This document shows, piece by piece, positions 60,716 to 64,000 of a stretch of 64,000 bases of DNA; positions within the stretch are counted from its first letter, which is position 1, and every line of letters starts with the position of its first letter. Origin of the DNA: Nitrosopumilus sp. (GTDB taxonomy: Archaea > Thermoproteota > Nitrososphaeria > Nitrososphaerales > Nitrosopumilaceae); the NCBI GenBank assembly GCA_965219345.1, contig OZ244732.1, forward strand, positions 224,001 to 288,000, given 5' to 3'. A program made the translations under genes and the position numbers. The notes below the pieces were generated by a model that was not told where the DNA came from, searched no databases, and worked only from the letters and a program-made list of their open reading frames with translations.

Positions 60716-61881
60716 TAGATTAGTTCAATCTCCTTTTTGACAATATCACCAAAACTTTCTTCTATTTCTAATTCAAGGGATTTATTTTTAATGCAGAATA
60801 AAACATAAGGCAAACAAAGTGTCACAAAAGCACTAGAAGACAAATGTAATTTTTTTGCCATAACGGATGATAATGACTTTATTTTATTGCCATCCCAACG
60901 AATTCTATTAAGTAAAGGCCAAGAAAGATTGTATTGCGTATACCTAATTCTGTCATCATTTTGATATAATTCTATCAAAACATCATTTAGATAACGTAAA
61001 AGTCTCCAATTCTGAGTTTTCATAATTTTGCCATAAAGCATGTCAGCATTTGAGATAATCTCTAGATATTTGGCAAATGCCGTATTATCTAAATTACTTG
61101 TAATTATACTGGAATAGAATGCATCAATCTTTTTTCTTGGATCAATTTGCATGTAATACAAAACACCTCTAGCTTCTTCAGTTGAGTTTGCTTTAAAGAA
61201 TGCATTTACTCCGTCTTCAACATTAATACTCTCAAAAGATGTTTCAGTTTGAGGATTAAACCCAGTAACCAAAGACTGAGTCAGATTAATCATAGAGCGG
61301 ATATCGCCACGAGATTTGCCAATAACTTTGATTAAAGAACCAGGACTTAGTTTTGCACTTTCTTTTTTTAGAATGTTTTCAAGATAGACTCTCAAGAGAC
61401 GAGGCGGAATTCTTTTGAAGTAGATTGTTTTAACAACTTTTCTGATACTTTTCATCTTGTCTAAGGTATCATCGTTTGCAGCGAGAACAATAGGTACTGT
61501 GGGTTCTTTTAGAATGTCGACAAGAGCTGAAGCACCGCCATAATCACCACGACCATGAATGCCATCTACCTCATCGACAAATATCATTGGAGTTCCCAAA
61601 ACACTCACATTACCTAAAACAGGCATAAGAATTTCATTAATTCTAGATTTACTTCTAACGTCACTGGCGTTAAGTCCAATCATATCATATCCAAATTGTT
61701 TTGCCAGGAGATAGGCCATAGTGGTTTTTCCAATTCCAGGAGGTCCGACCAGAAGTAGGGGTTTTGTCCCTTTCTTCCATTTTGCAAACCATTCCATTAT
61801 AGCCGCACGAGATTCTTCGTTTCCCACCATGTCAGAAATAATCTGAGGTCGATGTTTTTCAGACCACATCAATTTAATCAC
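60715..61881 (-). CDS. rfcL: Replication factor C large subunit
   Basis: WSEKHRP, GPPGIGKTT, LNASDVR, DEVDG, GDIRS. Confidence 0.9.
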   Translation of the reverse strand: MIKLMWSEKHRPQIISDMVGNEESRAAIMEWFAKWKKGTKPLLLVGPPGIGKTTMAYLLAKQFGYDMIGLNASDVRSKSRINEILMPVLGNVSVLGTPMIFVDEVDGIHGRGDYGGASALVDILKEPTVPIVLAANDDTLDKMKSIRKVVKTIYFKRIPPRLLRVYLENILKKESAKLSPGSLIKVIGKSRGDIRSMINLTQSLVTGFNPQTETSFESINVEDGVNAFFKANSTEEARGVLYYMQIDPRKKIDAFYSSIITSNLDNTAFAKYLEIISNADMLYGKIMKTQNWRLLRYLNDVLIELYQNDDRIRYTQYNLSWPLLNRIRWDGNKIKSLSSVMAKKLHLSSSAFVTLCLPYVLFCIKNKSLELEIEESFGDIVKKEIELI

Positions 61882-62993
61882 TTTGGCAGTTTGGATTCAA
61901 ACTCTGACCATTTGTTTGCCTTTTGCAATACATTATACCAATATTGGTTATAATGTTCTACAGTCAAAAACAGAAATTCTAAAAATTCTTTGTGGGAGAA
62001 TCCCTCAGGCAATAATTCAAGAGTAAGACGACCGTCTTGCAAATATAGATTACTTTTTTCCAGAGTAATTTCGAATCCTTTCTTCACATCATTTGCCAAT
62101 AATGAATAGTAGAGTGGCCAAGAAGGAATTTTTACAAATCCATTTTTAATAGAGTCTTCAATTTCGTTTCCACATCCAACACCTTCTGCAGCTCTTGCCA
62201 TACCCAGATAGAAAATTTCGCCCAATGGTCGTTCTGCCAAAGCCATGTTTCTACCAGCAGTTCCCATCACTGCTCGATATTTTTTGTAAGACAATGCCAT
62301 TTCTTCTTCAGTAATTTCAGTTGGTTTTGATTTTAATTTCTCATCAAGATACTGTCCTACTCTGGCATCTTTGAATCCTTCTTCAAATTCTTTTAGTACT
62401 TGTTCACCACCCTTTGAAATTTTGTTTCTAGCTAATTTCAAGATATATGGATTCATTAGTTTGTAATCATCAAGATAATCCAGGTCTTCGTCTTTGTCTA
62501 CAATTCTATCCATTGGTTCGCTAAGATCAATCGCCAAGATATGTCCCTCAACCATATCCTGTTTTAGTTGGGGATCATCTCGTCCTGTGTATTTTGCTGC
62601 AGCGTCAAACAATCCATTAAAAACAGGAAAGGTCATTTTTACAAAATTAGAGTTTAAAATTCTAGCAACTCTATCCTTTAGAACATCAATACTTTCTAAT
62701 TTTGATTTTATAGGCTCAATTTCAGATGCGTTCAGTATTATTTCAGTAGAGCCTACCTCATCACCAAATGCTTGCTGAGTAGAGTTTGGGTCAGTATCAG
62801 ACTTTATTTCATTAAGAAGACCTTGTGCAAATCTTTCTGCAAAATTTGGGAACCCATTTTCTGTTTCTTCTTTATATTTTTTAAATAATTTGTAACCTTT
62901 TGACTTGAACAGTCCCTGTTTCAATATTTGCTTTCCAGGTTTTGTGCTCATCAAAGCTTCTTTACTTGCAACAGATTGATCCTTGCCACTCAC
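61878..62993 (-). CDS. Conserved hypothetical protein
   Basis: 371-aa ORF translationally coupled to rfcL; host-like composition. Confidence 0.8.
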   Translation of the reverse strand: MSGKDQSVASKEALMSTKPGKQILKQGLFKSKGYKLFKKYKEETENGFPNFAERFAQGLLNEIKSDTDPNSTQQAFGDEVGSTEIILNASEIEPIKSKLESIDVLKDRVARILNSNFVKMTFPVFNGLFDAAAKYTGRDDPQLKQDMVEGHILAIDLSEPMDRIVDKDEDLDYLDDYKLMNPYILKLARNKISKGGEQVLKEFEEGFKDARVGQYLDEKLKSKPTEITEEEMALSYKKYRAVMGTAGRNMALAERPLGEIFYLGMARAAEGVGCGNEIEDSIKNGFVKIPSWPLYYSLLANDVKKGFEITLEKSNLYLQDGRLTLELLPEGFSHKEFLEFLFLTVEHYNQYWYNVLQKANKWSEFESKLPK

Positions 62994-63075
62994 AAACGTT
63001 GACTTGTTTATTGTTATTTATGCTTTCAAAACAAATGTTTACTTGACTTAAATTACGAAATCTTGAATATTCATT

Positions 63076-63876
63076 ATGGAAGTAATAGAAATTCTTCGTG
63101 AAGCTTCAAATAGAATTTATGAAAATGTAAAAGATCTTGCAGGTACTGAACATGCTGCAGGAGATTTTGGCAGAGGTGCGGGAGGAGACATTTCACGAAA
63201 CATAGACATTGTTGCTGAAAAAACAGTTTTAGATTATCTTAAAGAAATTAATTTTGAATGTGTTGTTTTGGGTGAAGAATGTGGGAGAGTAGAACTGTCA
63301 GATAATCCTAAGGGATACATAATCATGGATGCAATAGACGGTTCTGCTAATGCGGTACGTGGTGTTCCTTTTTTCTGCAGTTCATTAGCATTTGCAACTG
63401 AGAACAGACTTAGCTCGATTACAGACGGAGTCGTTACAGACCTATCAAATGGTGGGATGTACTGGGCTTCAAAAAACAAGGGTTCATTTTTCAACGAAGA
63501 GCAGATCAAAGTCCATAGTAGCGATCCAATCTACAAAATAGTCGGCATCAACATATCTGGAGCAACGCCAGACTTGATCAAACGATTACATCCAGTGTTT
63601 GAAAACCATAATCACGCAAGACATTTTGGTGCAAACGCACTAGAAATGGCATTATGTGCTAGAGGGTTATTAGATATTTTTGTTGATTTGAGGGACAAAA
63701 TCAGAATACAAGACATTGCTGCAGGATATCTAATTGTAAAAGAGGCGGGAGGACTACTGTTGGATGCAGATTTGAATCCACTTGATGCTGATCTAAGTTA
63801 TGACACAAGAGTTTCTTTTATTGCAGCTGCAAATCAGAAAATTCTTGATGAAATAATGTCACAGATCAATCCATGA
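63076..63876 (+). CDS. Inositol monophosphatase / FBPase family protein
   Basis: GEE.G, DAIDGSAN, DIAAG.LIV.EAGG. Confidence 0.92.
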   Translation: MEVIEILREASNRIYENVKDLAGTEHAAGDFGRGAGGDISRNIDIVAEKTVLDYLKEINFECVVLGEECGRVELSDNPKGYIIMDAIDGSANAVRGVPFFCSSLAFATENRLSSITDGVVTDLSNGGMYWASKNKGSFFNEEQIKVHSSDPIYKIVGINISGATPDLIKRLHPVFENHNHARHFGANALEMALCARGLLDIFVDLRDKIRIQDIAAGYLIVKEAGGLLLDADLNPLDADLSYDTRVSFIAAANQKILDEIMSQINP

Positions 63877-64000
63877 ATAGATTGCAATAGAAGATTAAAT
63901 TATTACAAGTGATTTCATAGTTTTTTATACTTAGAACAATAATCAAATTTTTGAATGAAATTATAAAAGAAATATTTTTATCTAAAGTAGAAGAAAAACT

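Noticed and set aside
1-64000. CRISPR array or cas genes
   Set aside because: No regularly spaced repeat-spacer series or cas motifs were seen; the repeats at 34269-34378 and 36994-37192 are irregular palindromes.

Overview
This is an AT-rich archaeal chromosome segment. Gene content and protein sequences point to an ammonia-oxidising thaumarchaeote (Nitrosopumilaceae-like). The backbone carries corA, the non-oxidative pentose-phosphate genes, 5S rRNA, ABCE1/rli, pyrE, three tRNAs (one with a T-loop BHB intron), GGPP synthase, an 11-gene complex I cluster (nuoABCDHIJKMLN), acetyl/propionyl-CoA carboxylase and rfcL. Three accessory islands interrupt it. (1) ~12994-21667 is integrated at the 3' end of a tRNA(CAT) and holds GC-rich decayed IS5- and IS66-family elements, an HNH nuclease and a divergent PurD-like ligase. 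(2) ~32914-43080 is inserted at the 3' end of nuoB and splits the complex I operon. It carries an apparently intact operon of a Schlafen/AlbA_2-APAZ fusion, a catalytically inactive short prokaryotic Argonaute and a DUF4238 protein, which is the best candidate for an uncharacterised system. (3) ~44060-56200 carries a type I R-M locus with two convergent hsdS genes, nested 50-53 bp inverted repeats flanking hsdM, and an intact tyrosine recombinase, the layout of a phase-variable shufflon. All calls come from motif recognition by eye; no database searches were run.
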